This document shows, one piece after another, positions 24,725 through 33,925 of a stretch of DNA of 46,057 nt. Each line of letters begins with the position of its first letter. Position 1 is the stretch's first letter. This stretch comes from Parasphingorhabdus sp. (GTDB lineage: Bacteria; Pseudomonadota; Alphaproteobacteria; Sphingomonadales; Sphingomonadaceae). The notes beneath the pieces are model-generated. The model was given only the letters and a program-made list of their open reading frames with translations, was not told the DNA's origin and searched no databases. The translations under genes and the position numbers were made by a program. Location: contig NZ_JBATHY010000032.1 in the NCBI RefSeq assembly GCF_049667325.1, positions 1 to 46,057 of the forward strand, read 5' to 3'.

Positions 24725-26839
24725 ATGAACATGATACAGAATATTTTCGCACTAGATAAAATTGCCGGTCATCTCAAATCCGGACTGTTGCCAATGGCCA
24801 CGTTGTTGCTGGTCATTTTCATGGTGCTGCCGCTACCGACTATATTGTTGGATATCGGCTTCATCACCAATATCATGCTATCGCTGGCGATCTTGATGGT
24901 TGCGCTTAATGCCAACAAGCCGCTAGATTTTTCCAGCTTCCCAACAGTCCTCCTCTTTGCCACACTTTTGCGGTTGGGACTGAATGTCGCTTCTACCCGC
25001 GTGGTGCTTATGGAAGGCCATGCTGGCGGCGATTCCGCCGGGCAGATCATCGAAGCCTTCGGTGGATTGTTACTGGGCGGTAATTATGTAGTCGGCATAT
25101 TCGTGTTCTGTATCGTGATGATTATCAATCTGATCGTTATCACCAAAGGTGCGGGCAGGGTTTCGGAAGTTTCCGCGCGTTTTACACTGGATGCCTTGCC
25201 TGGCAAACAAATGGCAATTGATGCGGACTTGAATGCGGGTCTGATCGCCCCAGAAGAAGCGAAAGAACGGCGGTCTGACGTTGCAACAGAAGCAGACTTT
25301 TACGGTTCAATGGATGGTGCCTCTAAATTTGTAAAAGGAGATGCCGTCGCCGGCGTCTTGATTCTGGCGGTCAATATTATTGGTGGCATCATTTTGGGTC
25401 TGACGACCCATGGACTGTCCTTCAGTGAAGCTGCTAGTACGTACTCGATGCTCGCCATCGGCGACGCTTTGGTTGCGCAGGTGCCTGCTCTGATTCTGTC
25501 GATCGCCGCCGCAGCCATTGTCACACGGGTTTCTTCGGCTCAGAATCTAGCCGATCAAGTCACGGGTCAGTTCAGTTCGGGACAGGCGTGGGTCCCGGTC
25601 GCGGTCATTCTAACTATTCTCGGTGTTTTGCCGGGTATGCCGCACATCATCGTTCTCTCGGCAGCGGGCGTTGCGGGTGGCATAGCTTTCTATCTGATCC
25701 GCAAACCCAAGCCCGTGGAAGCGGTTGTCGAACCGGTCAGAGAGAAAAATCCGGAACAGATTGATTGGGAGGACGTTTCCGAAAAGGCGCGTCTTGGAAT
25801 CGAAATCGGATATGGCCTTGTTCCGTTGGTTGAGGATCGCAAGGGCGCCCCATTGATGAAACGGATTACCGGTATCCGGCGTCAAATATCGAAAGAGCTG
25901 GGTTTTGTCGTGCCGCTTGTCCGGATCAAGGACGATTTGTCGCTCGAGCCTAACAGCTATCGGATAATGATGGGCGGAATGGTTCTGGGTGAAGACACCG
26001 TCTGGCCGAATGACTTTATCGCGCTGGATGATGGTCACGTGGATTCGGTTATCGAAGGACGACCTTGCAAAGATCCGACTTTCGGGATGGATGCAATCTG
26101 GATCAGCGCAGACAAAAAACCCCAGGCGATTGCCGAGGGCTATACGGTCGTCGACGCTCCGACAGTCATCGCTACCCATCTCAACGATGTGGTCCGGCGC
26201 AATGCGGCGCAGCTATTTGGTATGGATGAAGCGCAGAAGTTGCTCGACTTCCTCAAGGAATCTTCGCCGCAACTCGTCGACAGTCTCACTCCGCAGCCCT
26301 TGTCGTTATATGCCATTACTGCAATATGCCGTGACCTTCTCACCGATAAAGTGCCGGTGAAGGACTTTCAGCAGATCTGCCTTGCTATGTTGGAAGCCTC
26401 CAGCTTGCACACTGAAACGTCACAAGTAGTCGATGCTATCCGACAAAAAATTGGGAATCTGATCGTCCAAACCATGGTGCCGATCAGTCTGCCCCTTCCC
26501 GTCGTGACTTTGGACGCGGAACTCGAAAACCTGCTGGTTAAGGCGCTGAAGGTTGGCGAAGATGCAAACTATCCGATCGAACCGCAACTGGCTCAAAAAA
26601 TAATCGAAGCGGTGGATGAGGCTGCGCACACCCTGCCTCTGGAAGCTCGCAATGTGGCTCTTATCACTTCGCCTGTGGTCCGACGACCGCTTGGCGCGCT
26701 GCTGAAACAGCGGTTCCCGGATCTGACCGTGCTGTCTTACCAAGAATTGCCGGACGATAAATCAATCGAAGTGTTAACCAAAATCGGGGTTCCGCAATCC
26801 AGCCCGTCAATGGCTGTCACTGATGCAAACCAAAACTGA
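24725..26839 (+). CDS. flhA: export gate protein FlhA
   Basis: FPTVLLFATLLRLGLNVASTR; RVSEVSARFTLDALPGKQMAIDADL; FYGSMDGASKFVKGDA. Confidence 0.98.
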   Translation: MNMIQNIFALDKIAGHLKSGLLPMATLLLVIFMVLPLPTILLDIGFITNIMLSLAILMVALNANKPLDFSSFPTVLLFATLLRLGLNVASTRVVLMEGHAGGDSAGQIIEAFGGLLLGGNYVVGIFVFCIVMIINLIVITKGAGRVSEVSARFTLDALPGKQMAIDADLNAGLIAPEEAKERRSDVATEADFYGSMDGASKFVKGDAVAGVLILAVNIIGGIILGLTTHGLSFSEAASTYSMLAIGDALVAQVPALILSIAAAAIVTRVSSAQNLADQVTGQFSSGQAWVPVAVILTILGVLPGMPHIIVLSAAGVAGGIAFYLIRKPKPVEAVVEPVREKNPEQIDWEDVSEKARLGIEIGYGLVPLVEDRKGAPLMKRITGIRRQISKELGFVVPLVRIKDDLSLEPNSYRIMMGGMVLGEDTVWPNDFIALDDGHVDSVIEGRPCKDPTFGMDAIWISADKKPQAIAEGYTVVDAPTVIATHLNDVVRRNAAQLFGMDEAQKLLDFLKESSPQLVDSLTPQPLSLYAITAICRDLLTDKVPVKDFQQICLAMLEASSLHTETSQVVDAIRQKIGNLIVQTMVPISLPLPVVTLDAELENLLVKALKVGEDANYPIEPQLAQKIIEAVDEAAHTLPLEARNVALITSPVVRRPLGALLKQRFPDLTVLSYQELPDDKSIEVLTKIGVPQSSPSMAVTDANQN

Positions 26840-26858
26840 TAACAATCGGGAATAGGAT

Positions 26859-27578
26859 ATGTTGAAAACAAAAAATCACGCATCAAAAGCCTATAGCGCG
26901 ATGAAAACAGATGAAAACAGGCTGATCGAAGAGAACCAAGCTCTGGTCACAAAAATTGCCTGGCAGGTAAAATCATTCGCGCCCGATCAAATGGAGATCG
27001 AAGACCTGATTCAGGTCGGGCTGGTTGCAATGGTTGAAGCTGCCAAGAAATATGTCGACCAAGGACATAGTTTTAGCACCTATCTTTACGTGCGTGTGCG
27101 TGGCGCAATGATCGACGACTTGAGATCGACGTGCAATTTGCGCAGAACTTCTGTCGATTGGCACAAGAAAGTGCGAAGATATCGGGACAAGCTGGTGCAG
27201 GAACATGGCCGGGAGCCCAACGAGTCAGAGCTGGCTCTCGCAATGGATATGGACCCTGGAGATTTTCGCAAGAATACGGATCGGGCGATTGATGTCCATT
27301 TGGGCTCGCTTGATGAAGTCTATTGCGATTCCAGCAGCTGGTTTACGGACCAGGAGGATGACCAGCATGAAACACTGGAGAAGTCCCAGATGGCTGAGCT
27401 TCTTTCCGCGAAGCTGAAGCAGTTAAACGAGCGCGAACAACTTGTGCTCAACTGCTATTTTGTGGAGGAAATGCAGCTCGACGAGATCGGGGAGATTCTT
27501 GAAGTATCATCCGTACGTATCTGCCAGATCAAAAAGCGCGCATTGGAGAAGCTTCAAGTTGCGATGACCGAGGACTGA
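26859..27578 (+). CDS. fliA: flagellar sigma factor FliA (sigma28)
   Basis: EDLIQVG...RVRGAMIDDLR; LNEREQLVL..YF.EE..L.EIGEIL.VS..RICQI. Confidence 0.95.
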   Translation: MLKTKNHASKAYSAMKTDENRLIEENQALVTKIAWQVKSFAPDQMEIEDLIQVGLVAMVEAAKKYVDQGHSFSTYLYVRVRGAMIDDLRSTCNLRRTSVDWHKKVRRYRDKLVQEHGREPNESELALAMDMDPGDFRKNTDRAIDVHLGSLDEVYCDSSSWFTDQEDDQHETLEKSQMAELLSAKLKQLNEREQLVLNCYFVEEMQLDEIGEILEVSSVRICQIKKRALEKLQVAMTED

Positions 27579-27629
27579 AGTTCGTCCACCGCATCCGCCA
27601 TTCAACCAACTTTTAACTTGCGCTCATAA

Positions 27630-27663
27630 AAAAAGCCTCCTCCCGAACGGGAAGAGGCTTTTT
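27630..27663. terminator. bidirectional intrinsic terminator between fliA and fliC
   Basis: AAAAAGCCTCCTCCCG-AA-CGGGAAGAGGCTTTTT hairpin with A/T tracts on both sides. Confidence 0.85.
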
Positions 27664-27683
27664 AGTTTTGGTGGTGTCAGATA

Positions 27684-28499
27684 TTACCGGATCAGGCTGA
27701 GTACAGACTGTTGAGACTGGTTAGCCTGCGCCAACATCGCCGTAGAAGCCTGGCTCAGGATCTGGTTTTTGGCCAGCTGAGTGGTTTCAGCGGAGAAGTC
27801 GACGTCCAAGATTCTTGACCGCGCTTCTGTGATATTTGCTACGCGATCGCTCAAGTTGGAAACGGTGGTTTGCAGTCGGTTCTGCGAAGCACCCAAAGTA
27901 GCCTGAGCAGTCGTGATCGTGTCCAGAGCGGTGTCCAGTGCGGTCAATGCAGCGGTTGCGCCTGTGTCGGTAGCGACGGTGAGGGAGGCGATGCCGAGTG
28001 CAGTGGCATCCACATCGGTCAATCCGATGGACACTGTCTGGCTCGCATCGCTGCCGGTCTGGATGCCGATTGAAGCGTTGGTTCCATCAAGCAATTTAAC
28101 ATCGTTGAAAGTTGTCCGCGTTGCAACATCACCGATCTGGGCAATCAGCGCGGTAACTTCGGTCTGCAGGTTAGTCCGGTCACCAGATGACAGCGTGCCG
28201 TTGGCAGATTGGACAGCCAGTTCACGCATACGTTGCAGCATGTTGGTGATTTCGTTCATTCCGCCTTCTGCGGTCTGCGCGGCCGAAATGCCGTCGTTGG
28301 AGTTCCGGATAGCCATGTTCAAACCACGAACTTCCGATGTCATACGTGTGGCAATCGAGTTACCCGCGGCGTCATCAGCAGCAGAATTTACACGACGACC
28401 CGTTGAAAGGCGTTCGATCGATTTAGCAAGACCCATTTCAGCTTGGCTTGAAGCATAGCTGGCACGCAGGGCCGATACGTTTGTTCCTATTACAGTCAT
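27684..28499 (-). CDS. fliC: flagellin (271 aa, minimal)
   Basis: [48 protein letters not shown]...MLAQANQ...VLSLIR. Confidence 0.98.
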   Translation of the reverse strand: MTVIGTNVSALRASYASSQAEMGLAKSIERLSTGRRVNSAADDAAGNSIATRMTSEVRGLNMAIRNSNDGISAAQTAEGGMNEITNMLQRMRELAVQSANGTLSSGDRTNLQTEVTALIAQIGDVATRTTFNDVKLLDGTNASIGIQTGSDASQTVSIGLTDVDATALGIASLTVATDTGATAALTALDTALDTITTAQATLGASQNRLQTTVSNLSDRVANITEARSRILDVDFSAETTQLAKNQILSQASTAMLAQANQSQQSVLSLIR

Positions 28500-28575
28500 G
28501 GTGTCGTCCTTTTCACAGTTAACATATTCGTTTCATCTAGCGGGTCACCTCGTAGATGAAGCGGCCTCGAAGGAG

Positions 28576-28602
28576 TTAACGGTGACCCGCAAGTTTAATT
28601 AA
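28576..28602 (-). promoter_or_regulatory. sigma28 promoter of fliC, TTAA-N15-ACCGTTAA
   Basis: Variant of TAAA-N15-GCCGATAA directly upstream of the flagellin gene. Confidence 0.75.
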
Positions 28603-28612
28603 GCGAGAAAAA

Positions 28613-28678
28613 TGTCGGGTTTCCGACAAGTCGCCGGAAGAGTGTCCACTTTCCGACACGCATGACGTTTTTTCGACA
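28613..28678. promoter_or_regulatory. three phased TGWC-N8-GACA boxes (putative FleQ sites)
   Basis: TGTCGGGTTTCCGACA 28613, TGTCCACTTTCCGACA 28643, TGACGTTTTTTCGACA 28663. Confidence 0.65.
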
Positions 28679-28696
28679 GTTGTTTTGGAAACGATC

Positions 28697-28710
28697 GGCA
28701 GATTTTTGCC
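28697..28710. promoter_or_regulatory. GGCA-N6-TGCC palindrome next to the sigma54 promoter
   Basis: GGCAGATTTTTGCC, same motif as 21259 and 21280. Confidence 0.55.
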
Positions 28711-28721
28711 GTTTATGAGAT

Positions 28722-28737
28722 TGGCACGGCCATTGCA
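28722..28737 (+). promoter_or_regulatory. sigma54 promoter TGGCACGGCCATTGCA of the activator-fliE...flhB operon
   Basis: Exact TGGCAC-N5-TTGCA consensus. Confidence 0.88.
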
Positions 28738-28800
28738 AAGTAGTTGGCGAGCACCCGGATATTAGATCTGGTGTTCGATCTAAAACGTGAGGGAATGGCC

Positions 28801-30072
28801 ATGATCAACGATAAACTGAACCCTAGCCTGGTCTCTAGGTTTCCAGAACTTGTCGATTTGCTAGCGAGTGTTGAAATGATTCACTCGGCCGACCATCATT
28901 CATCTTCTGCCGCGCAACTACCCCACACAACCCGCGAAGCATCCAAAGGTGAATATGAAGGAGCAAAAGATCCTGTCGTGGTTTACCGCGACGGACCATT
29001 CCATTTCGTTCCGGCTACCCTCAGCCAACCACTGCGCATCGAGTTCGGCAATGCGGACAGAGAATTTGGTCTGTCTTGCATTGTTGAATCGATGCGCGGT
29101 GGCAAGGGGCCGGCTTATGCTGACCCCAATTCAATAGCCCTATATAAATATGCGTCCCGCGTGGCGCGCAGCGATGCCAATGTCATGATCACCGGCGAGA
29201 CCGGTACTGGCAAAGAGGGCATGGCCAGATTCATTCACGAAAAGAGCGAGCGGGCAAACAAGCCGTTTGTCACCGTAAATTGTGCCGCAATCACCGAGTC
29301 AATGATCGAGTCCATTTTATTTGGACACAAGAAAGGCGCCTTTACCGGCGCGTATAATAGTGCCGTTGGCTTGTTCAAGGAAGCTGACGGTGGCACAATA
29401 TTTCTCGACGAGATTACCGAGATGCCGCTTGAAAGCCAATCAAAGCTGCTCCGCGTGCTCCAGGAAGGCGAGATACTTCCCGTCGGGGCATCGCGTCACG
29501 AAAAAATCGATGTTCGCGTATTTTGCGCGGCCAACCGCGACTTTGCCGAAGAGGTCGGGGCAGGGCGGTTTCGCGAAGATCTATACTGGCGTCTGAATGT
29601 GATGCCGGTCGAATTGTCACCACTTGCTCAACGGCCAGCCGATATCGTCGCCATCGCGGCGTTCATGATGATCGGTTTCCAAAAGCGAAGCAAAAAATTC
29701 ATTTCGCTTTCCCGTTGTTGCGTGCAACGCCTGAAAGAACACAGATGGCCGGGTAACGTTCGGGAACTCTCAAACGTCCTGCAGCGTGCGCTGGTGATGT
29801 GTGACGGTGAACGGATCGAAGCCCGTGATTTGATATTTTCAGGAGCGCGGCTGAAAGCAACCCCGAAGCAGGACGACGTTTCAATCAGGCCTTCCTCGCG
29901 ATTCATTCGCGGCCGCGATTTGCACTCGATTTCGAAAAATGTCGAATATGAGGCGATCAATCAGACATTGGAAAAGACCAACGGCAACCGCCGTGACGCC
30001 GCAAAAGAGCTGGGTATTTCGGAACGCACATTGCGTTATCGGATGGCTGACATGCGCGCGCTTGCGGCATAG
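28801..30072 (+). CDS. FleR/FlrC-like sigma54-dependent activator (AAA+ and Fis HTH, atypical N-terminus)
   Basis: GETGTGKE, GHKKGAFTGA, FLDE, WPGNVREL, NRRDAAKELGISERTLRYRM; sits before fliE; GAGGGA RBS favours ATG 28801. Confidence 0.88.
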   Translation: MINDKLNPSLVSRFPELVDLLASVEMIHSADHHSSSAAQLPHTTREASKGEYEGAKDPVVVYRDGPFHFVPATLSQPLRIEFGNADREFGLSCIVESMRGGKGPAYADPNSIALYKYASRVARSDANVMITGETGTGKEGMARFIHEKSERANKPFVTVNCAAITESMIESILFGHKKGAFTGAYNSAVGLFKEADGGTIFLDEITEMPLESQSKLLRVLQEGEILPVGASRHEKIDVRVFCAANRDFAEEVGAGRFREDLYWRLNVMPVELSPLAQRPADIVAIAAFMMIGFQKRSKKFISLSRCCVQRLKEHRWPGNVRELSNVLQRALVMCDGERIEARDLIFSGARLKATPKQDDVSIRPSSRFIRGRDLHSISKNVEYEAINQTLEKTNGNRRDAAKELGISERTLRYRMADMRALAA

Positions 30073-30086
30073 AAAGGAGATAGAAA

Positions 30087-30446
30087 ATGTCTTCAGTCAA
30101 TATGAACAGCCTGATGGCAGCTCGCAATGCCATCCTCAACCAAAACAACGCGCTGCAGGATATTGCCAAAAATGCAGGTCTTGGCGGACCGGGACAGACT
30201 TCCGCTCCGAAAGAAACGGCGGGATCGGATAGCTTCTCGACGCAGCTCACCAGCGCACTCCAGGAAGTCAACAAGCTTCAAAAAACTGCCGAGGAGGGAA
30301 TGAAATCCTATCAAATGGGCGAAACCAATGATGTTGCCGCCGTTATGCTAGCAAAGCACAAGGCATCCCTGGGATTTGAATCCACCTTGCAAGTCCGCAA
30401 CAAACTTTTGTCCGCGTACAAAGACATAATGAACATGTCGGTATAA
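30087..30446 (+). CDS. fliE: hook-basal body protein FliE
   Basis: VMLAKHKASLGFESTLQVRNKLLSAYKDIMNM. Confidence 0.96.
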   Translation: MSSVNMNSLMAARNAILNQNNALQDIAKNAGLGGPGQTSAPKETAGSDSFSTQLTSALQEVNKLQKTAEEGMKSYQMGETNDVAAVMLAKHKASLGFESTLQVRNKLLSAYKDIMNMSV

Positions 30447-30449
30447 TAG

Positions 30450-32204
30450 ATGGCCGAGCAACCATCTTCTGGTCAGGCGATGACTCCCGCGAGCCCCGGC
30501 GGATCACTGCCGCCTACAGGCAGTTTTGAGAATCAAAGTGGCCCGATGGGCTCGCTGCAGACCTTCATCAAGCAACCCGCTATCGCGCGTGCGATGCCGT
30601 TAATAATTTTGTCGGCCGTTGTGTTGGCCGCGATCACTGTGTGGCTGGTTCTTCGCGAGCCGCCCCAACGAGATCTGTTTCGCGGTCTACCCGACAATGA
30701 CAAGTCAGCTGTGATGCAAGCATTGCAGGTCGCCAATATTCCATACGGTGTCGACGATAACACAGGCACGCTCACCGTGAGTAATGAAGACTATCACTCT
30801 GCCAAGATCGAACTGGCGGGTCAGGGTTTGCCGCGGTCAGCTCCAAGTGGCGACACCATTATGTCGAGCATGCCTATGGGAGCCAGCAGGGCTGTTGAAT
30901 CAGAGAAATTGCGCAATGCCCGTGAAATGGATCTGGCGCGATCTATCGAAGCGATCGATAGCGTCTTGTCTGCCCGGGTTCATTTGGCTGTAGAGCAGCC
31001 CAGCATATTTTTGCGTGACCGCAATGAGCCTTCCGCTTCCGTAATATTGCATCTCGCGAGTTCGGCAAGGCTGGACGAAAAAGAAACCCAGGCGATCCTG
31101 AACCTCGTTGCCAGTTCGGTGCCCGGACTTTCGGCGTCGAACGTATCGGTGATCGACCAGAACGGCAGGCTGTTGTCGAGCAGTGGCGACGAGTCTTCCT
31201 CTGGAAATGATACACAGCTGAAAGTAAAGGCGGCAATCGAAGATCGCTATCGTCAGTCGCTTGCCAGTTTGCTTACACCACTGGTGGGTCCTGGAAATTT
31301 TGTCGCAGAAGTCACCGCAGATGTAAATTTTGACGAGAAACAGGCAACGAGCGAGACTTATCCGATCGATGGATCGGTGCTGCGTTCCGAACAGGGACAA
31401 AAGTCGAACGAGATTGGTGGAACCGGAGGCCGCGCAGGCGGCATACCCGGTGCACTTTCCAATCGGCCAGCCGAGGCCGCCGAGTTCGGCGATCAACCCG
31501 AAGGCGATACGGATCAAGCTGCCGGGACCGTTGAACCCAGAAGTACCAGTGAGGAATATCGCCGGAACTTCGAGCTCGCCCGTGAAGTTGCAGTCACCAA
31601 TCAAGCCACAGGGCAGGTGTCACGGCTATCAGTCGCAGTGGCAATTGACGATCGGGCGTTAAAAAATAAAAAGTCTCCAAAGGAAATCCAGGAGATCGAG
31701 AAACTCATCAAGGGCACTGTCGGTTATAGTATCGACAGGGGAGACCAGATTGCGGTGACATCGCGTCGTTTCAAAGCGGTCGCCGACGACCCGGTATTGG
31801 AAACCTGGTACGAGACGTCGTGGTTCAGCATGCTGATGCGAAACTTGTCTGCGCTCGTTGTAGCCCTGTTGATCATATTCGGTATCGGTCGCCCGGTTCT
31901 AAAACGCTGGCAAACTTCGGAGAAATCCCGGCCTGCAAATCCGGTTCAAAAAGCCGCTCTCCCGAATGCCAATGCGCCGACAAATTTCAATCAAGCGAGT
32001 GCCGTGGACGGCGGATCACTGGAAAATCAAACCGCAGGCGCACTTGGTCCGCCAGTGACCGTCGACATGATCACCTCGGCAAAAAGCTACCAGGAACGTG
32101 CCATTTTGACCCAGAATTTCGTCAAGCAGAATCCGGATCATGCGGCTCTGGTTGTGAAAGAGTTGCTCAAAGAATCCAACGCACTGGAGGAAGCAGATGG
32201 CTGA
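30450..32204 (+). CDS. fliF: MS-ring protein FliF
   Basis: LAGQGLP; ARVHLA; PSASV; LVASSVPGL; GIPGALSNRP; RLSVAV; RGD; two TM segments. Confidence 0.97.
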   Translation: MAEQPSSGQAMTPASPGGSLPPTGSFENQSGPMGSLQTFIKQPAIARAMPLIILSAVVLAAITVWLVLREPPQRDLFRGLPDNDKSAVMQALQVANIPYGVDDNTGTLTVSNEDYHSAKIELAGQGLPRSAPSGDTIMSSMPMGASRAVESEKLRNAREMDLARSIEAIDSVLSARVHLAVEQPSIFLRDRNEPSASVILHLASSARLDEKETQAILNLVASSVPGLSASNVSVIDQNGRLLSSSGDESSSGNDTQLKVKAAIEDRYRQSLASLLTPLVGPGNFVAEVTADVNFDEKQATSETYPIDGSVLRSEQGQKSNEIGGTGGRAGGIPGALSNRPAEAAEFGDQPEGDTDQAAGTVEPRSTSEEYRRNFELAREVAVTNQATGQVSRLSVAVAIDDRALKNKKSPKEIQEIEKLIKGTVGYSIDRGDQIAVTSRRFKAVADDPVLETWYETSWFSMLMRNLSALVVALLIIFGIGRPVLKRWQTSEKSRPANPVQKAALPNANAPTNFNQASAVDGGSLENQTAGALGPPVTVDMITSAKSYQERAILTQNFVKQNPDHAALVVKELLKESNALEEADG

Positions 32205-33249
32205 TACCAAAGAAAAAGATGACACCGAAAAAACCGAGCAAAGTGAACAATTGGAGCTGATCACCGGGCGTCAGACCGCCGCGATATTGATGCTCTTGTT
32301 CAACGACGAGGAAGCGGCCCAGATACTGGAACGTCTTGAGCCAGACGAAGTCGAGGCGCTAGGCGAGGCGATGTTCAGCGTTGCCGATGTCGATGCCACG
32401 CAAATTGACGGTTCCCTGGATCGGTTCCTCGTGTTGACCATGAATCAAACGATGCTGTCCTACAAGTCCGATGAAAAAGTGAGCCGCGTTTTTCGTCGGG
32501 CCCTTGGTACCTCCCGGGCAGAAACGATCATGAACCGGTTCGCTCCCAAACGACCCAGCAATATCGCAGAAATGCTGAAATGGGTTCCTGCAAAGGACCT
32601 TGCGCTTTTGATGTCGGATGAACCGCCACAAATTGCTGCCGTGCTCATGTCATTTTTGACTCCCGAAGTGGCTGCCAAGATACTGGAGCTGCTGCCATCA
32701 GAAATCCAGTCCGACTTGATTTACCGGGTGGCCACCCTTGGGCCTGTTAGTGCCAAGGCGCTCGCCCATATTCACGGGCTCCTGGAGAACACGACCCCAT
32801 CAGAAGAAGAGGCCGCTCCGCCGATGCAGGTAGGCGGCGTGCTCGACAGCGCCTCGATTATCAACAGTCTTTCGAAGGAACGGGGGCGATCGCTGCTGAA
32901 GGAATTGATGAAGCGTGACAAGGTTACCGCAAAATTGATCGAAGACGAACTGTTTGTTTTCGCGGATCTTATGAACTTGTCGAAGAAAGATATCGGTTCG
33001 GTGGTCCGGAAGGTCGATTCCAGTATTCTTGTTCCTGCGTTGAGAGGCGCCTCCGTCGAGCTCAAGGCCAAAATCTTTGGCGCGATGTCCAAACGGGCCG
33101 CCGAAACCATTCAAGATGACATGGACGAAGCACCGCCGCAACCGATGGACGCAGTCGTTGCTGCCCAGAAAGCCGTCATTGCAGTCGCCAAGGCCATGCT
33201 CGACAGCGGCGAAATAAACATGGCTGGTGCCGGAGCCGATTATGTCTGA
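32197..33249 (+). CDS. fliG: motor switch protein FliG
   Basis: AAILML; EPPQIAA; GGV..ASIIN; IEDELFVFADL; MSKRAAE. Confidence 0.96.
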   Translation: MADTKEKDDTEKTEQSEQLELITGRQTAAILMLLFNDEEAAQILERLEPDEVEALGEAMFSVADVDATQIDGSLDRFLVLTMNQTMLSYKSDEKVSRVFRRALGTSRAETIMNRFAPKRPSNIAEMLKWVPAKDLALLMSDEPPQIAAVLMSFLTPEVAAKILELLPSEIQSDLIYRVATLGPVSAKALAHIHGLLENTTPSEEEAAPPMQVGGVLDSASIINSLSKERGRSLLKELMKRDKVTAKLIEDELFVFADLMNLSKKDIGSVVRKVDSSILVPALRGASVELKAKIFGAMSKRAAETIQDDMDEAPPQPMDAVVAAQKAVIAVAKAMLDSGEINMAGAGADYV

Positions 33250-33925
33250 TCATCACCAAACCGGTAGCTTCGGAATTTGCGACGTCGTCCCGTTGTGGCG
33301 GACGACTGCCGAACAGAGACAGTTTTCTTCGTGGACCAGTGGTCGGGGTACCGAAAGCGAATCTCGAGACGGTGACATTTTTTCGGATTTAACCGGCAGG
33401 GACCTGTCCGAGAATCTGGCGGCTTCCAGCGATCAGGATGCCGATATATTCAGCGTCGCCTATAAAAAGGGATGGGAAGATGGTCAGGCTGCTTCCGGGG
33501 ATGAACAGGCGACATCCGGTCAACAAACCGACGCATTGGCAAATGCTATCCGGCATTTGAACGATCTGTCGTCGCGGGGCAGTTATACATTCATTTTATC
33601 GGCTGTGGAATCATTGTTTAGACGATGTGCGGAATTGGCGATCCCCGATCCGGGTTTGCTACAAGCGTGGGCATTGCAATTGGCAGAGTTGGTAGACCAG
33701 GATCAACAAGGGGTTACCCTTGTACTTCATCCGGATGATGTCGGTCTAATCGATGGCAATTTATGCAAACTGGCCCTCCGCGGCGATGCATCAATGTTGC
33801 GGGGCAATCTTAAGCTCAGCCATTCCGGCGGCTGGATCGAAAAAGGCTCGGAAGTGGTACTGGACGAGTTGAGGACTCTGATCGACGAGTTTAGCGGAAC
33901 GGCACCGGTGGCTGATCATGACTGA
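33242..33925 (+). CDS. fliH: export apparatus protein FliH
   Basis: AYKKGWEDG repeat; LHPDD; position between fliG and fliI. Confidence 0.8.
   Translation: MSDHHQTGSFGICDVVPLWRTTAEQRQFSSWTSGRGTESESRDGDIFSDLTGRDLSENLAASSDQDADIFSVAYKKGWEDGQAASGDEQATSGQQTDALANAIRHLNDLSSRGSYTFILSAVESLFRRCAELAIPDPGLLQAWALQLAELVDQDQQGVTLVLHPDDVGLIDGNLCKLALRGDASMLRGNLKLSHSGGWIEKGSEVVLDELRTLIDEFSGTAPVADHD

Noticed and set aside
28744..28800. Longer N-termini proposed by the ORF track (28744, 23861, 21226, 39430, 40374, 33227, 4373, 45504)
   Set aside because: They overlap promoters or upstream genes; downstream ATGs have an RBS or stop/start coupling
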